Positions 49,301 through 58,207 of a stretch of 64,000 bases of DNA are shown piece after piece. The notes below the pieces were generated by a model, which saw only the letters and a program-made list of their open reading frames with translations, ran no database searches and was not told the DNA's origin. Source of the stretch: Vulcanimicrobiota bacterium (lineage in GTDB: Bacteria; Vulcanimicrobiota; Vulcanimicrobiia; Vulcanimicrobiales; Vulcanimicrobiaceae); assembly GCA_963815165.1 (NCBI GenBank), contig CAWFFL010000002.1, positions 289,023-353,022 on the forward strand, read 5' to 3'. Every line of letters starts with the position of its first letter. The first letter of the stretch is position 1. The position numbers were made by a program, and so were the translations under genes.

Positions 49301-50867
49301 AACGACCCGGCTTTGGTTCCGATCGGATTGGAACGACCCGTGGGTCACACTTCCGACGAAGACAAACCCGTACTCGGCGTCGCCGGCGAACTTAACGCAA
49401 GACGTTCTCGACTCGACGGCCGGCGCGAACATCACTGCGCTCGCTTTTGGCTCACCGTCGATGATCCTCGCCGCGACGAGCGGCGGCGGCACAAACGGCA
49501 AGGTTTGGCGGTTCGACCAACAGGCCGACGGAAGCTGGACGAACACGCAGGTCTCGGCGATCATCAACGTTCCCGCGCCCCCGCTCGTCTTTATCACCGC
49601 GCTTGTCGTCGAAGACGCGGGCCGCGGCAGCTTCTATGCAGCGCTCGGAAGCTCCGGGGGGGAGCACATCCTTTATTTCGACGGGACACAATGGCACAGT
49701 GCAGGCTTAGCCGCAACGACCCTGGACGTTCCGGCTCACGCGCTCGTAATCCATCCCGCCGATGCAAATACATTGTTTATCGGTACGGACATCGGTGTAT
49801 TCAAAGGCGTCAAGAGTTCTGCCGCATCTTCCAGCTCCAGCTCGAGCTCGGATTCGAGTTCCGATTCCAGCTCCGCCGGCGGTACCTCGAGCCTGGCGTG
49901 GACGTGGACCCCATTTTCCGACGGACTCCCCGAAGCGGCCGTTCAGGATCTCGCCATACAGCCGACCGCGCAAAAACTGCGAGCCGCAACCCATGGTAGA
50001 GGCGTTTGGGAAATTCCTATTGACTGGCCGAGCAGCAGCTCGTCGGACTCGAGTTCGTCAGATTCCAGCTCGTCGGATTCGAGTTCGTCAGACTCCAGCT
50101 CGTCGGACTCGAGTTCGTCAGATTCCAGCTCGTCGGATTCGAGTTCGTCAGACTCCAGCTCGTCGGATTCGAGTTCGTCAGACTCCAGCTCATCGGATTC
50201 GAGTTCGTCGGACTCCAGCTCGTCGGATTCTTCAGACTCGAGTTCGTCCGACTCTTCTGACTCGAGTTCGTCGGACTCTTCCGACTCGTCGGATTCGAGT
50301 TCCGACTCTTCAGACTCGAGTTCATCCGACTCTTCTGACTCGAGTTCATCCGACTCTTCTGACTCGAGTTCGTCGGACTCTTCCGACTCGTCGGATTCGA
50401 GTTCCGACTCTTCAGACTCGAGTTCATCCGACTCTTCAGACTCGAGTTCGTCCGATTCTTCTGACTCGAGTTCGTCCGACTCTTCTGACTCGAGTTCGTC
50501 CGATTCTTCTGACTCGAGTTCCGACTCTTCTGACTCGTCGGATTCGAGTTCCGACTCTTCGGACTCGAGTTCATCCGACTCTTCTGACTCGAGTTCGTCG
50601 GACTCTTCCGACTCGTCGGATTCGAGTTCCGACTCTTCAGACTCGAGTTCATCCGACTCTTCAGACTCGAGTTCGTCCGATTCTTCTGACTCGAGTTCCG
50701 ACTCTTCTGACTCGTCGGATTCGAGTTCGGATTCTTCGGACTCGTCAGATTCAAGCTCGTCAGACTCGAGCGACTCGAGCTCCGATGGCTCCAGCGTTCC
50801 GCCGCGAGCTCAACCGCCGCCGGCAACGCCGAAAAAGTCGGGCTGGCTATCGTGGCTTCGACGCTGA
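46353..50867 (+). CDS. giant surface protein: IPT/TIG domain + Q/N/S-rich coiled coil + Pro-rich linker + BNR/Asp-box beta-propeller + Ser-Asp repeat tail
   Basis: AGGAGG Shine-Dalgarno. [35 protein letters not shown] is IPT-like. [41 protein letters not shown] is coiled coil. The Asp-box motifs are [16 protein letters not shown] and DGSATW. About 254 aa of SD repeats follow, and the protein ends in the basic [11 protein letters not shown]. Confidence 0.8.
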   Translation: MPVAEEFSHLVTGDVVFRLFPTIASLAPTSATAGDPAFTLTVNGSGFTAGCTVQWNGSPRTTTFVTSTQVTAAITAADIQNQGTATVTVVNATPAGTSAGVSFAVIPSIANILSVLGSIATMTADQFAAQQSALDNAVTNLQSYLTNQSASINNLNAQLSAANNQVASLSSQNASLNQQVQQQGTQITQLQSQIAVAGNQTASPLEIAQSLKGVVDQIQQTAANTAGMQTTLTNLNVQMKTLVNVARDSQTGEATAQLVFPDPKALPDPASLSTVSLSFGAIPNIHAAVSSGAGSPSGSQAANTPAPAQRSAPGIPTPQMAPAPPRGGPPPEEREPFDDPSGRRHWFRRSRVMRNGLLPAGLIGRESVKKRKLEHELRRQRRMEREAIEKPAAPQAPQPAAAQAFRPQPAPAAAFPPAPPGGSGTTNWSLLGPDRVAGGAGGAQLVVVSGRITSLAVGPGGSRIYAGAANGGLWYSGDGGATWTPLDQYATMSPTETTTLEADSLSVGAIAVQFGAAASSSSDSSSSSSDSSSAATGGVGAFADTIYVGTGEANGNLDAYYGIGIKRSTDGGLTFSVEATNLATSEVYRIVVDPVDPTIVFAATTSGIYRRPAGPDFSSWTKVADPDSSIPGSSIVDLVVAGSGATRTYYAATVNQVFTSSDIVTKPDGSATWTAVSGIANPSSDPVNNALRKSLAVGESDTSVVYCLVQGQAGPNQADFTLFRLDSTTGGAFKPVTIPSSVSLFSGFGWYDIVVAADPGNANTVYLIGSLTWDSTGWALAIYKGTLAPGSGTFAFTGGGPNWIGTGVHPDGHTLAFATNADGTHDGSSVWIGCDGGVFQSGSSGAAGSFSAKNAGLSITQITYFSVRADSADELYAGCQDNGTLHYVASNTPPWSQSGGGDGGGVAINPDNSAQVIRQYIHGSLEVTADGTTWGGAGFPLTNVDWSTMTPQQLNAYPEYNAAPFYGPLRAQLSGSKSLVIFGTTRLWFRSDWNDPWVTLPTKTNPYSASPANLTQDVLDSTAGANITALAFGSPSMILAATSGGGTNGKVWRFDQQADGSWTNTQVSAIINVPAPPLVFITALVVEDAGRGSFYAALGSSGGEHILYFDGTQWHSAGLAATTLDVPAHALVIHPADANTLFIGTDIGVFKGVKSSAASSSSSSSSDSSSDSSSAGGTSSLAWTWTPFSDGLPEAAVQDLAIQPTAQKLRAATHGRGVWEIPIDWPSSSSSDSSSSDSSSSDSSSSDSSSSDSSSSDSSSSDSSSSDSSSSDSSSSDSSSSDSSSSDSSSSDSSDSSSSDSSDSSSSDSSDSSDSSSDSSDSSSSDSSDSSSSDSSDSSSSDSSDSSDSSSDSSDSSSSDSSDSSSSDSSDSSSSDSSDSSSSDSSDSSSDSSDSSDSSSDSSDSSSSDSSDSSSSDSSDSSDSSSDSSDSSSSDSSDSSSSDSSDSSSDSSDSSDSSSDSSDSSDSSSSDSSDSSSDGSSVPPRAQPPPATPKKSGWLSWLRR
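50031..50792 (+). repeat. coding tandem repeats (Ser-Asp tract), hierarchical 15/18/30-nt units
   Basis: First block: a 30-nt unit agctcgtcggaYtcgagttcgtcagaYtcc, about 6 copies. After that come interleaved gactcttcYgactcgagttcRtcc units, with higher-order blocks of more than 100 nt recurring almost identically. Confidence 0.9.
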
Positions 50868-50873
50868 GTCTCG

Positions 50874-51887
50874 ATGAGCCCAGAAGTATGGGTTGCCGGC
50901 TTTCCTTCATATTACGGCGGCGCGGATACCGAGCTCGATCACCTCATCGATCTCTTTCGGCAATTCGACGTGACCGTCACGCTCGTTCCGATGTTTGGTT
51001 GCGGCGAACGGATGAAACAGACGGTGCTGGAGCGGGGTTGCGCGATCGTTCCGTACCGCGACGACGTGTTCCACGAAAAGACGGTGGTCAGTTTTTGCAA
51101 CGGTCAGTTTCTCTCGAGATTGCCGTCGATCATGAAGGCTGGACCACCCGCCAAAGTGATTTGGTTCAACTGCATGACCTATATGTTCGACGCGGAGCGC
51201 ACGGCGCACGCAAATGGGTGGATCGACTATTTTGGGTTCGTGAGCGAGTACCAAGAGCAACGCCTGGCAGCGGAGATTACCAAAATCGGGCCGTATCGAA
51301 CCTTTTCTTACAAGCCGTTCTTCAATTTCAACCGCATCGAATGGGCGTACCGCGAGTTCGGCGACACGTACCGCCTGGGGAGAATATCCAGGGACGACGC
51401 TAATAAGTTTGCCGCGGACACCTGGAGAATCTTCGATCGCGTGTTGGTGCCCCCGCACCTCAAGAAGAAAGTCTTCATTCTCGGCTACGGCGTCAATGCG
51501 GCCCGGAAGATCGGCGCTCCTCCGGCAGGACTCGACTGGCTGACATGGAGCGGCGGCGCGATCCCCGCAAGCCAATTCTACTCGACGATCGATACGATGA
51601 TTCACAAGACGGGCGGATCGCGCGAATCTTATTGCCGAGTCTTGATCGAGGCATACGCGCACGGCGTCGTTCCGATCGTGGAAAACGGATATGCTTTCCC
51701 CGAGCTCGTCCGTCACTGGGAGACCGGTTTTATGACTTCAGATTCGGACGAGATGAGCTATTATGCGAGCTACCTCGCAATGAACCCGATCGAACATCGG
51801 CGCATCGCTGAGAACGGAAGACGACACCTCGAGGAGGTGCTCGTCGCGCCCGAGCGGTGCTGGGCCGCCTGGCAACAGATACTCTAA
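50874..51887 (+). CDS. GT-B fold glycosyltransferase (GT4/GT1-like)
   Basis: Starts 6 nt after the stop of the SD-repeat protein. HKTGGSRESYCRVLIEAYAHGVVPIVENGYAFPELVRHWETGF is an E-x7-E-type C-terminal motif. Confidence 0.55.
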   Translation: MSPEVWVAGFPSYYGGADTELDHLIDLFRQFDVTVTLVPMFGCGERMKQTVLERGCAIVPYRDDVFHEKTVVSFCNGQFLSRLPSIMKAGPPAKVIWFNCMTYMFDAERTAHANGWIDYFGFVSEYQEQRLAAEITKIGPYRTFSYKPFFNFNRIEWAYREFGDTYRLGRISRDDANKFAADTWRIFDRVLVPPHLKKKVFILGYGVNAARKIGAPPAGLDWLTWSGGAIPASQFYSTIDTMIHKTGGSRESYCRVLIEAYAHGVVPIVENGYAFPELVRHWETGFMTSDSDEMSYYASYLAMNPIEHRRIAENGRRHLEEVLVAPERCWAAWQQIL

Positions 51888-52735
51888 CTTGAACGCAACG
51901 TCGTTGGAATCGATTCCATCGAAAAAGTGACGGCGCGTGGATCGAAGCGCAGGCTGACGTCATCGCGGAAGAGCAGCGAGTCGGGAGCCCATAAGAAGGG
52001 ACAGTTCAGACATCGATGCACTTCATCCGTTTCGCCGACGTATATATCGTGATTCTCTCGACAGAGGTTCGACCGGCGTTCGACATCCCAGGGAACGCGC
52101 TCGGTCGGGTGCCATGCAAATGGCGGCTCGTGAACGAAGATTCTGCCTCCGGTGCCCGAGCGCTTTGCGAGTCTTCGGCCGAGATCTTGATCTTCGCCGC
52201 CGTGGCGACCGCTGAAGAGCATGTCGAAGCCGCCGATATCGAGCAGAAGGTTACGCTCCGATCCAAAGAGGCCGGCGTACGAGCTTCGAAACGTGTGCCA
52301 GCTATTCGGCGGAAGTTCGCGGGCTTTCCCCGCCTCGGCCGGCAGGCCGATCAGTTCCTCGACCGACCATTTCGAAAAATCGATATACCGGTAGTGACCC
52401 CAAAAGAACTGATCCCGGTCAAAGCGCTCGAGGCAGGCGGCGATCAAATTTACCGGCGCCAATTGGTCGTCATCGAACGTAACGATGTGCGAACAATCGG
52501 AAGCCCAGATGCCGATGTTCCGGCGCAGCGCAACATCCATCGAACCAACTGCATATGCGGCGCTGGCAAAGCGTAGCAACCGAACGTCGAGGCCGTAGGT
52601 CTGAACCTCGCTTGCGCTAAGGTCATTACTCACGAGCGTGATGACATCCGGCCGGATCGTGTTTGCGCTGAAGCTATAGAGTAGTCCGTCGAGTGCGCGA
52701 CGTCGCGCCACGGGCACCACGACGTCGATACGCAT
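51884..52735 (-). CDS. GT-A fold (GT2-like) glycosyltransferase
   Basis: MRIDVVVPVARRRALDGLLYSFSANTIRPDVITLVSND and the HIVTFDDDQLAP DxD motif. Convergent with the previous gene, with a 4-nt overlap. Confidence 0.5.
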   Translation of the reverse strand: MRIDVVVPVARRRALDGLLYSFSANTIRPDVITLVSNDLSASEVQTYGLDVRLLRFASAAYAVGSMDVALRRNIGIWASDCSHIVTFDDDQLAPVNLIAACLERFDRDQFFWGHYRYIDFSKWSVEELIGLPAEAGKARELPPNSWHTFRSSYAGLFGSERNLLLDIGGFDMLFSGRHGGEDQDLGRRLAKRSGTGGRIFVHEPPFAWHPTERVPWDVERRSNLCRENHDIYVGETDEVHRCLNCPFLWAPDSLLFRDDVSLRFDPRAVTFSMESIPTTLRSS

Positions 52736-52762
52736 TCAGTAACGGTTGGGGCCAGGCCGTTC

Positions 52763-53191
52763 CTATATGCCGAAGTGACTCCGGAACGCGCTCGCGGCCA
52801 TTTCTCCCGATGCTTCGACGACTTTGCCGACGATGGGATTCACGAAAAGCGTCGTCACTGCGCCGAGCATCGAAGGAAGGTGCTTGACGAACCAATTCCT
52901 GACTTCTTCCATTCGCCCAACCTTCGGTTCGCTTAATAGCGCCGTCTCCAGCGCAGCCACCTGACTGAGAGCGGCGGCGCGTTGCGCGGGGGGCGCCTCG
53001 CTCGCGACGCGGTCGCGCAGCGCCGCAATGGCGTCGGAAAGAGTGCGAACGTCTTGTGGCGACAGCGTTGTGGTTGCGCCGGTCTTTGCATTCACGATAA
53101 CGCGATTCTGATCGCCGGCCCAGAGCGCGCCGTAATTGCCGCCGCCTACGTTGATCGAGACTCCACTGCCGCGCTTCTCGGGCTGCTGCAT
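52763..53191 (-). CDS. small helical protein sharing an N-terminal beta-strand motif with the STAND NTPase
   Basis: GVSINVGGGNYGALWAGDQNRVIVN in this protein aligns with AVDISVAGDNLGAIVVGDHNTVVIN in ORF 53209..55821. It lies 17 nt downstream of that gene. Confidence 0.45.
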   Translation of the reverse strand: MQQPEKRGSGVSINVGGGNYGALWAGDQNRVIVNAKTGATTTLSPQDVRTLSDAIAALRDRVASEAPPAQRAAALSQVAALETALLSEPKVGRMEEVRNWFVKHLPSMLGAVTTLFVNPIVGKVVEASGEMAASAFRSHFGI

Positions 53192-53208
53192 GAAACGCTC
53201 CTTACTAT

Positions 53209-55821
53209 CTATCGATTGGGTGGATTCGCGGACTGATTTCTTGGGCGCCGCACTGGAGTAGCACTCGGCAGCGGGCGCGTATAGACCGAATGAGGCTGCG
53301 GATACGTTGAGCGTGGTTCGGAGTAGAGGGGCCGTTGCGGCGAATACGGCGTCGTTGCGCGCGAATACGGCGTCGTTGCGTGCGAATAGCTAGACGGCGA
53401 GTTGAACGCGCCAGGGATGTCCGTCACGGGGTAATGCGTTTTTTGCGTCGAGACCGGATACGACCCGCGGTAGATCGAGCTTCCGCCTTGTTTCATCGTT
53501 TGACCCGGCGAGGTCGCTGAGGACGTGCACGACGGTCGCGGTGTGGAACGGACGACTATATAGGCAACTCCCGTGGTTTTTGGGCGGCATCCGCCGTTTG
53601 CAACGCCGCTTTGTGATCCTTGGCTACCCGAAGTCGACCCTTGGCTACCCGAAGTCGACCCTTGGCTGCCCGAAGTCTGCCCTTGGCTACCGGCTTGTGA
53701 CCCGTTGCTGCCCGAACCGCATTTCGACTTGGTTGCGACGTATTCGTAATTGCAATTCCCAAGTCTCGTCGGCGCCGACGTCGGTGCCGATGACGGCGCG
53801 GCGCTCCGCGGTACGTATGGTATAGAGCTCCGCGGGGTGTACGGTACAGAACTTCCCGGTATATACGGCGCAGAACTTGGCGTCTCGTTCGCCGGAGGTC
53901 GCGTCGGCGTCGTTACCGGCGACATCGATCGCGTCGTCGACGGTGGCGTCGATTCGGTCGCGACGGACGACGCTTGCGTCGAGCCCGACGCCGGAGCAGC
54001 CGCAGCAACCTTTACGACGACCGATTGCGTAAGCGGAATCCCAAGCGGACCGCGGGCATCGATTCGATACGTCGTGGTGTGGTCAGGGTGTACGACGACG
54101 CAGCCGTGCGCGGCGGCACTTCCGTTGATACGCACGTTCGTGACGCTTGAAGCATGGTAGCACAGTTTCGTCGACTCTCCCCGGGCAATTCGCGAGTGCG
54201 CTGCTTTCAGGGAAACAGATGGATGTGCCGAGACCCACGCCCCAATCATTCCGACCGCTCCGAGCGCGGCCACGATCGCGGCGCCGACCGCGATCTTGCC
54301 TACCAATCCCCACTTGCTCGCGGCAGCTTCGATGTGCGAGGGTTCTTCCGGTAAACCGGAGTTGAGCGCAAGCACGTTGAGGTTATGCTGCGTGACCGCG
54401 AGAGCATTCGGATCGCCCAAAGAAGCGCGGATATGAGCGGCGGCCTCCAATGCACTACGAGCAGCGACGAAGTTCCCGATAGCGAGCGCGCTCGAGCCGA
54501 TCTGATGGAGTGCCCACGCCTCACCGGCTACGTCGTGTCCGCCCTTCGCCGCGCTCAGCGCGTGCCCGAGCATTTCGTCCCACCGACCCCAGCGACCGCT
54601 CAGCGCAACGGCGTCGCCGGCTCGATGCGCGAGCGCGGCGACATGGGCGAATTTTCCGGAAAGGACGGCGTGCTTCATCGCGCCGGCTATCGCGTCGGAA
54701 TGCGCGACCAAAACGTCCGATTGGGAATGCGCGGCGATCTGCAAGAACGCCTGGGCTGCCGCCTCGGCAGGGAGCAAACCGAGAAACGACATCGCTAACG
54801 CCGCGGCGATTCCCCCGCGCACGCGACTCCGCTTTCCGTCGAATCCGACGAGTCGGCGATCTTGCAAGCCTCCCAGCGCTGCGGCTGCCTCGGTGCCGGC
54901 GATGGCGCCGACTTCGGATGTTTCCAACGGCGCGCAACCGACGGCAGCGAACGCGGCGAGCGCGGCCCGATCCCGGTCCGATAATTTGCCGGCGATCAAA
55001 CCTTTTAGCCACTCTTGCGACGATTCTGCTCCTCGAACTCCGTCGGCCAGTTCTCCGAGCTGCACGCCGTACACGCGAACGTGGGCGGCGGCTAATATGA
55101 TATCGAGCGGATTACCGTCCAACGCCGCACAGATCGCGCGCGCCGCCATCACTTCGGATTCGTCGATGGGGTGCTGTAACTCGCGCGCCATCAGTTCGAG
55201 CGCATCGTGCGATTGCAGTCCGCCGAGCGTCACGGCGCTGCCCTCGCCCAGCAAGACTCGCTGAGGTCCCGAGACGGCAAATGTGGCCGTCGCGGCGAGA
55301 TTGAGCAGACGATCGAACTGCGCGGCAGGCGCGAGGTAGCCGTCGAGCAAGACGAGCGCAGACGTGCGGGCCAAGAAACGACGAACCTGCGTTTCATCCG
55401 GCTTGAACGGGCGATCCGTCTCAAAGAACGCTTCGAATAATTCTTGCAGCAGATCGCCGGTGCTCGCACTCGCAGCGTCGAGATAGACGACGCCGTCGGC
55501 AAAACTCGTCCGGATCGCTTCGTCACCGCAGACGTAGCGCAAGATCGCCGTTTTACCGATTCCGGGGGGGCCGGAGACGTCAATCGACTGCGGCGGCACG
55601 GCAGCGAGAGCGCCGCGTAAGCCTCCGGATTCCTCGCGGCGGTCGACCAGATCGGGGAAAGGCCGGGGGCCCAACATTGCGCCGTCTTTGCGCCGCGTCG
55701 TTTGCACGGGCTGCGCGGGCAAGACTACGGCGCCGGCGGGCTGGTTGATGACGACCGTGTTGTGATCGCCGACCACTATCGCGCCAAGATTATCACCTGC
55801 AACGGAGATATCGACTGCCAC
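53209..55821 (-). CDS. transmembrane NB-ARC/STAND P-loop NTPase with TPR-like helical domain, one TM helix, an Ig-like domain and an S/T/P-rich tail
   Basis: Walker A is VSGPPGIGKTAIL, Walker B is ALVLLDGY, and GNPLDIIL is the GxP motif. The TM segment is LVGKIAVGAAIVAALGAVGMIGAWV. The tail contains GSQGSTSGSQGSTSGSQGSQSG and SxPYxP repeats. Confidence 0.7.
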   Translation of the reverse strand: MAVDISVAGDNLGAIVVGDHNTVVINQPAGAVVLPAQPVQTTRRKDGAMLGPRPFPDLVDRREESGGLRGALAAVPPQSIDVSGPPGIGKTAILRYVCGDEAIRTSFADGVVYLDAASASTGDLLQELFEAFFETDRPFKPDETQVRRFLARTSALVLLDGYLAPAAQFDRLLNLAATATFAVSGPQRVLLGEGSAVTLGGLQSHDALELMARELQHPIDESEVMAARAICAALDGNPLDIILAAAHVRVYGVQLGELADGVRGAESSQEWLKGLIAGKLSDRDRAALAAFAAVGCAPLETSEVGAIAGTEAAAALGGLQDRRLVGFDGKRSRVRGGIAAALAMSFLGLLPAEAAAQAFLQIAAHSQSDVLVAHSDAIAGAMKHAVLSGKFAHVAALAHRAGDAVALSGRWGRWDEMLGHALSAAKGGHDVAGEAWALHQIGSSALAIGNFVAARSALEAAAHIRASLGDPNALAVTQHNLNVLALNSGLPEEPSHIEAAASKWGLVGKIAVGAAIVAALGAVGMIGAWVSAHPSVSLKAAHSRIARGESTKLCYHASSVTNVRINGSAAAHGCVVVHPDHTTTYRIDARGPLGIPLTQSVVVKVAAAAPASGSTQASSVATESTPPSTTRSMSPVTTPTRPPANETPSSAPYIPGSSVPYTPRSSIPYVPRSAAPSSAPTSAPTRLGNCNYEYVATKSKCGSGSNGSQAGSQGQTSGSQGSTSGSQGSTSGSQGSQSGVANGGCRPKTTGVAYIVVRSTPRPSCTSSATSPGQTMKQGGSSIYRGSYPVSTQKTHYPVTDIPGAFNSPSSYSHATTPYSRATTPYSPQRPLYSEPRSTYPQPHSVYTRPLPSATPVRRPRNQSANPPNR
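53619..53692 (-). repeat. 21-bp coding tandem repeat, about 3.5 copies
   Basis: cttggctacccgaagtcgacc occurs at 53619..53639 and 53640..53660 (identical copies). A copy with 2 mismatches is at 53661..53681, followed by a partial copy. It encodes GSQGSTS on the minus strand. Confidence 0.85.
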
Positions 55822-55916
55822 GGGCCTCCAGTGAGCGCCGGACCTCTACGGCGCGCGGACCGAGCGCTTCTTGCTAGTGTAGCACAGCGAGCGGTCCACA
55901 GCGATGGGCGGCCTCT

Positions 55917-56975
55917 TCATACCGAAAACGGCTGGGGAGTCTTTCCGTCGGCCAAGCCAAGGGCGAACGCGTAATTGATGAGGGCCTGATTGGAGAAATC
56001 GAGGACCGAGACGGGCAGCGGCGCTTGCGGCCGCACGTAATAGAGCGGGATTTGCCGCTTGCCCGCAAGACGCTGTTGTATTTCCGGCGAGGTTGTCGAG
56101 CTCTCCAGGAGCGTGTTCGTGAATGCCGCCAACTTACAGTCATCTTGAAGTATCTTTTGCTGCATCACATCGTAACAGGCATACGCAACGTCGACGAGGT
56201 TTCGCGGAGGCGGCGAGGATCCACCACCTCCGGCCGGCTCCAAGAAAATCACGGTCACCTCGTCGGCGCCCGCGGCGATCGCCATCGAGATCGGCGTGTT
56301 GTTAGCGACTCCACCGTCGACGAAGAGCGACGGAGTCACCGCACCCAGGTTCATCTGCACCGGGGTAAACGCACCGGGGATCGCGGCCGAAGCTTGGAGG
56401 ACATCGACATAGTTGAGCTGCGTTAGCGCTTGCGTCGGTATTGCAACCTTGGCCGGAAACTGCTGCAAGAATGGCGACGCTTGCCCGACGAAGGCGTAAA
56501 ACGCCGTCGCGGTTCGCGTCGTAATATTCGTAGCCGAAACGATCAGCGTGCTCTCGAGCGCGTTGTAATTGGCGTACTGCTTGAGGAGCGCGGCGATCGG
56601 TGCTTCATCGAACGCCCCGAGCAGCGAAAAGAGCGCCTGTTTCGAACCGATTTGCATCCAGAGGAGCGTCAACTGAGGAATATGACTGAGCTTAGCGACG
56701 GCCGGCAGGGTCTGCCAATCCGAAAATGCGTTCAGAAACGCTTCCACATGCTTGACCGTCGGCAGCGGTTGTATCACGTTGCGCGCGGCGATGTTCTTCC
56801 ACGTATCCTCCAGCGCCGCAAGATCGTGCTGCGCCGCGAACGCGCCGTTGATCGCTCCGACCGACGTGCCTACGACGATATCGAAGGGCTGTTTTTGACA
56901 AAGCGAAGTGATCGCGCCCGCCTCATAGGCGCCTTTGGCACCGCCGCCGCTGAGGACGAGGGCGCGCACGCTCAC
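55917..56975 (-). CDS. patatin-like phospholipase
   Basis: ALVLSGGGAKGAYEAGA is the oxyanion G-G-G-x-K/R-G motif, VVGTSVGAINGA is the GxSxG nucleophile, and VDGGVANNTP is the catalytic DGG motif. The start overlaps the upstream stop as GTGA. Confidence 0.85.
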   Translation of the reverse strand: MSVRALVLSGGGAKGAYEAGAITSLCQKQPFDIVVGTSVGAINGAFAAQHDLAALEDTWKNIAARNVIQPLPTVKHVEAFLNAFSDWQTLPAVAKLSHIPQLTLLWMQIGSKQALFSLLGAFDEAPIAALLKQYANYNALESTLIVSATNITTRTATAFYAFVGQASPFLQQFPAKVAIPTQALTQLNYVDVLQASAAIPGAFTPVQMNLGAVTPSLFVDGGVANNTPISMAIAAGADEVTVIFLEPAGGGGSSPPPRNLVDVAYACYDVMQQKILQDDCKLAAFTNTLLESSTTSPEIQQRLAGKRQIPLYYVRPQAPLPVSVLDFSNQALINYAFALGLADGKTPQPFSV

Positions 56976-58072
56976 GTTCCGCTGCTCGCCGGAGGCTTCG
57001 GGCCAGTGGCCCTTACGTTAATGATAGTTCCCAACAGTTGGAACCAGAAGGGTGCGCCCAGCATAATGGCAACGGCAGTGATGACGAGGCCAAGCAGCTT
57101 TAGCCAAGCGTTGCCTTGATCCGATTTGACGTTTTCCTTGAAAGCGTCCCAGCGTGGCTTAGTCCAGCCTATCGGCAGCTGTGTGAATACAGATTCATCG
57201 ATTCGGCATAGCGCTGGGCTGACGCTGTTGTCGGGTACGAAGCCGACGTCGCACGTACAGGGTGATGTCGTACACTTACTCGTCAACAACATGGAGGTGG
57301 CCGTGAGCGAGGACGTGGGATTTTGCTTGTTGTCTTCGTAAAACGCTTGCGTGGCAGCCGCAACGCTGTTTGCCAAAGTGGAATCCGCCTGAAGCGACCG
57401 AATGATTTGGACGGTATCCACATTAAGAAAGAACGCTATGATAAAACCGATGTAGACGAGGATGATCTGAACGTTTCGTTTATACCAGCCGCTGACCCGA
57501 TCCATTTGGCTGTCGTACCATGAAGCAAGCGCGGCAGAGAAACGCTGATAATCCCCTTGTGCGTCTTTCCAAATTGGGAGAAGAATGTCATAGAGCGGCT
57601 TGTACGGATTGCCTGGGCTGCTGATGACGTTGAGCGCCGCTACCACGTCCGAAGATGATATGCCGAGTGCCGCCATCGCAGAAGCGCCTGGACTCTTATT
57701 TTGCAGCAGGTCGAGAATCACCACCGCAAAGTGCTCGGCGCTCACATAGGGCGGGTTCTTCGTAACCGCTGAGGTAGTGGGTGGAATGGTCGCATCTTTG
57801 GAAACGCTCACGCGAGAGTATTTTAGACCAAAGAGTAGACGTAACTTAGCCCAAAAATTTTGGGCGACCGGTTCTCCTAGTGCTAAGATGAGGGGGTGCC
57901 CGAAGAAATCAGCCGTGGCGGCGTCACCGATCATCGAGCGAACGCCGGCGATAAGCGTCTTCGATCGCAACTGCAAGAATGTAGCGATCTGCTCGTTCAG
58001 CCACGAGGCTGCAAGCGCAAAGGCGATGTACACGCCGATGAGACCGATTATAGTGGTCAGAAGCGCCGTCAT
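56972..58072 (-). CDS. integral membrane protein (about 3 TM segments) coupled to the patatin gene
   Basis: I set the start at ATG 58072 (GGAGGA Shine-Dalgarno, product MTALLTTIIGLIGVYIAFALAASWL). The ORF-track extension to 58657 is antisense to the lysozyme gene. Confidence 0.55.
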   Translation of the reverse strand: MTALLTTIIGLIGVYIAFALAASWLNEQIATFLQLRSKTLIAGVRSMIGDAATADFFGHPLILALGEPVAQNFWAKLRLLFGLKYSRVSVSKDATIPPTTSAVTKNPPYVSAEHFAVVILDLLQNKSPGASAMAALGISSSDVVAALNVISSPGNPYKPLYDILLPIWKDAQGDYQRFSAALASWYDSQMDRVSGWYKRNVQIILVYIGFIIAFFLNVDTVQIIRSLQADSTLANSVAAATQAFYEDNKQNPTSSLTATSMLLTSKCTTSPCTCDVGFVPDNSVSPALCRIDESVFTQLPIGWTKPRWDAFKENVKSDQGNAWLKLLGLVITAVAIMLGAPFWFQLLGTIINVRATGPKPPASSGT

Positions 58073-58207
58073 GAAGGCTTCCTCCGTAGCACAAACCAGC
58101 GTCGCCTTTTTCTTTTTTGAGTCCCGCAAGCGACCATCCTGCAAGCAGCCGCTAAGTCGCGGCTTTGCGCTACCGGCCAGCCGGCCGATGTTCATGGGAG
58201 GGAAAGT

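Noticed and set aside
50031-50792. A CRISPR array, suggested by the dense short direct repeats
   Set aside because: The units are 15-30 nt, contiguous with no unique spacers, in frame, and encode Ser-Asp. No cas genes are present in the window.
49762-50910. Long ORFs in the other frame (49762..50877, +) and antisense (50017..50910, -) across the SD tract, giving RVRQ/TRVR and NSS/KSR repeat proteins
   Set aside because: They are shadows of the Ser-Asp coding repeat. The periodic sequence lacks stops in several frames, and only the SD frame is continuous with the upstream 1250-aa protein.
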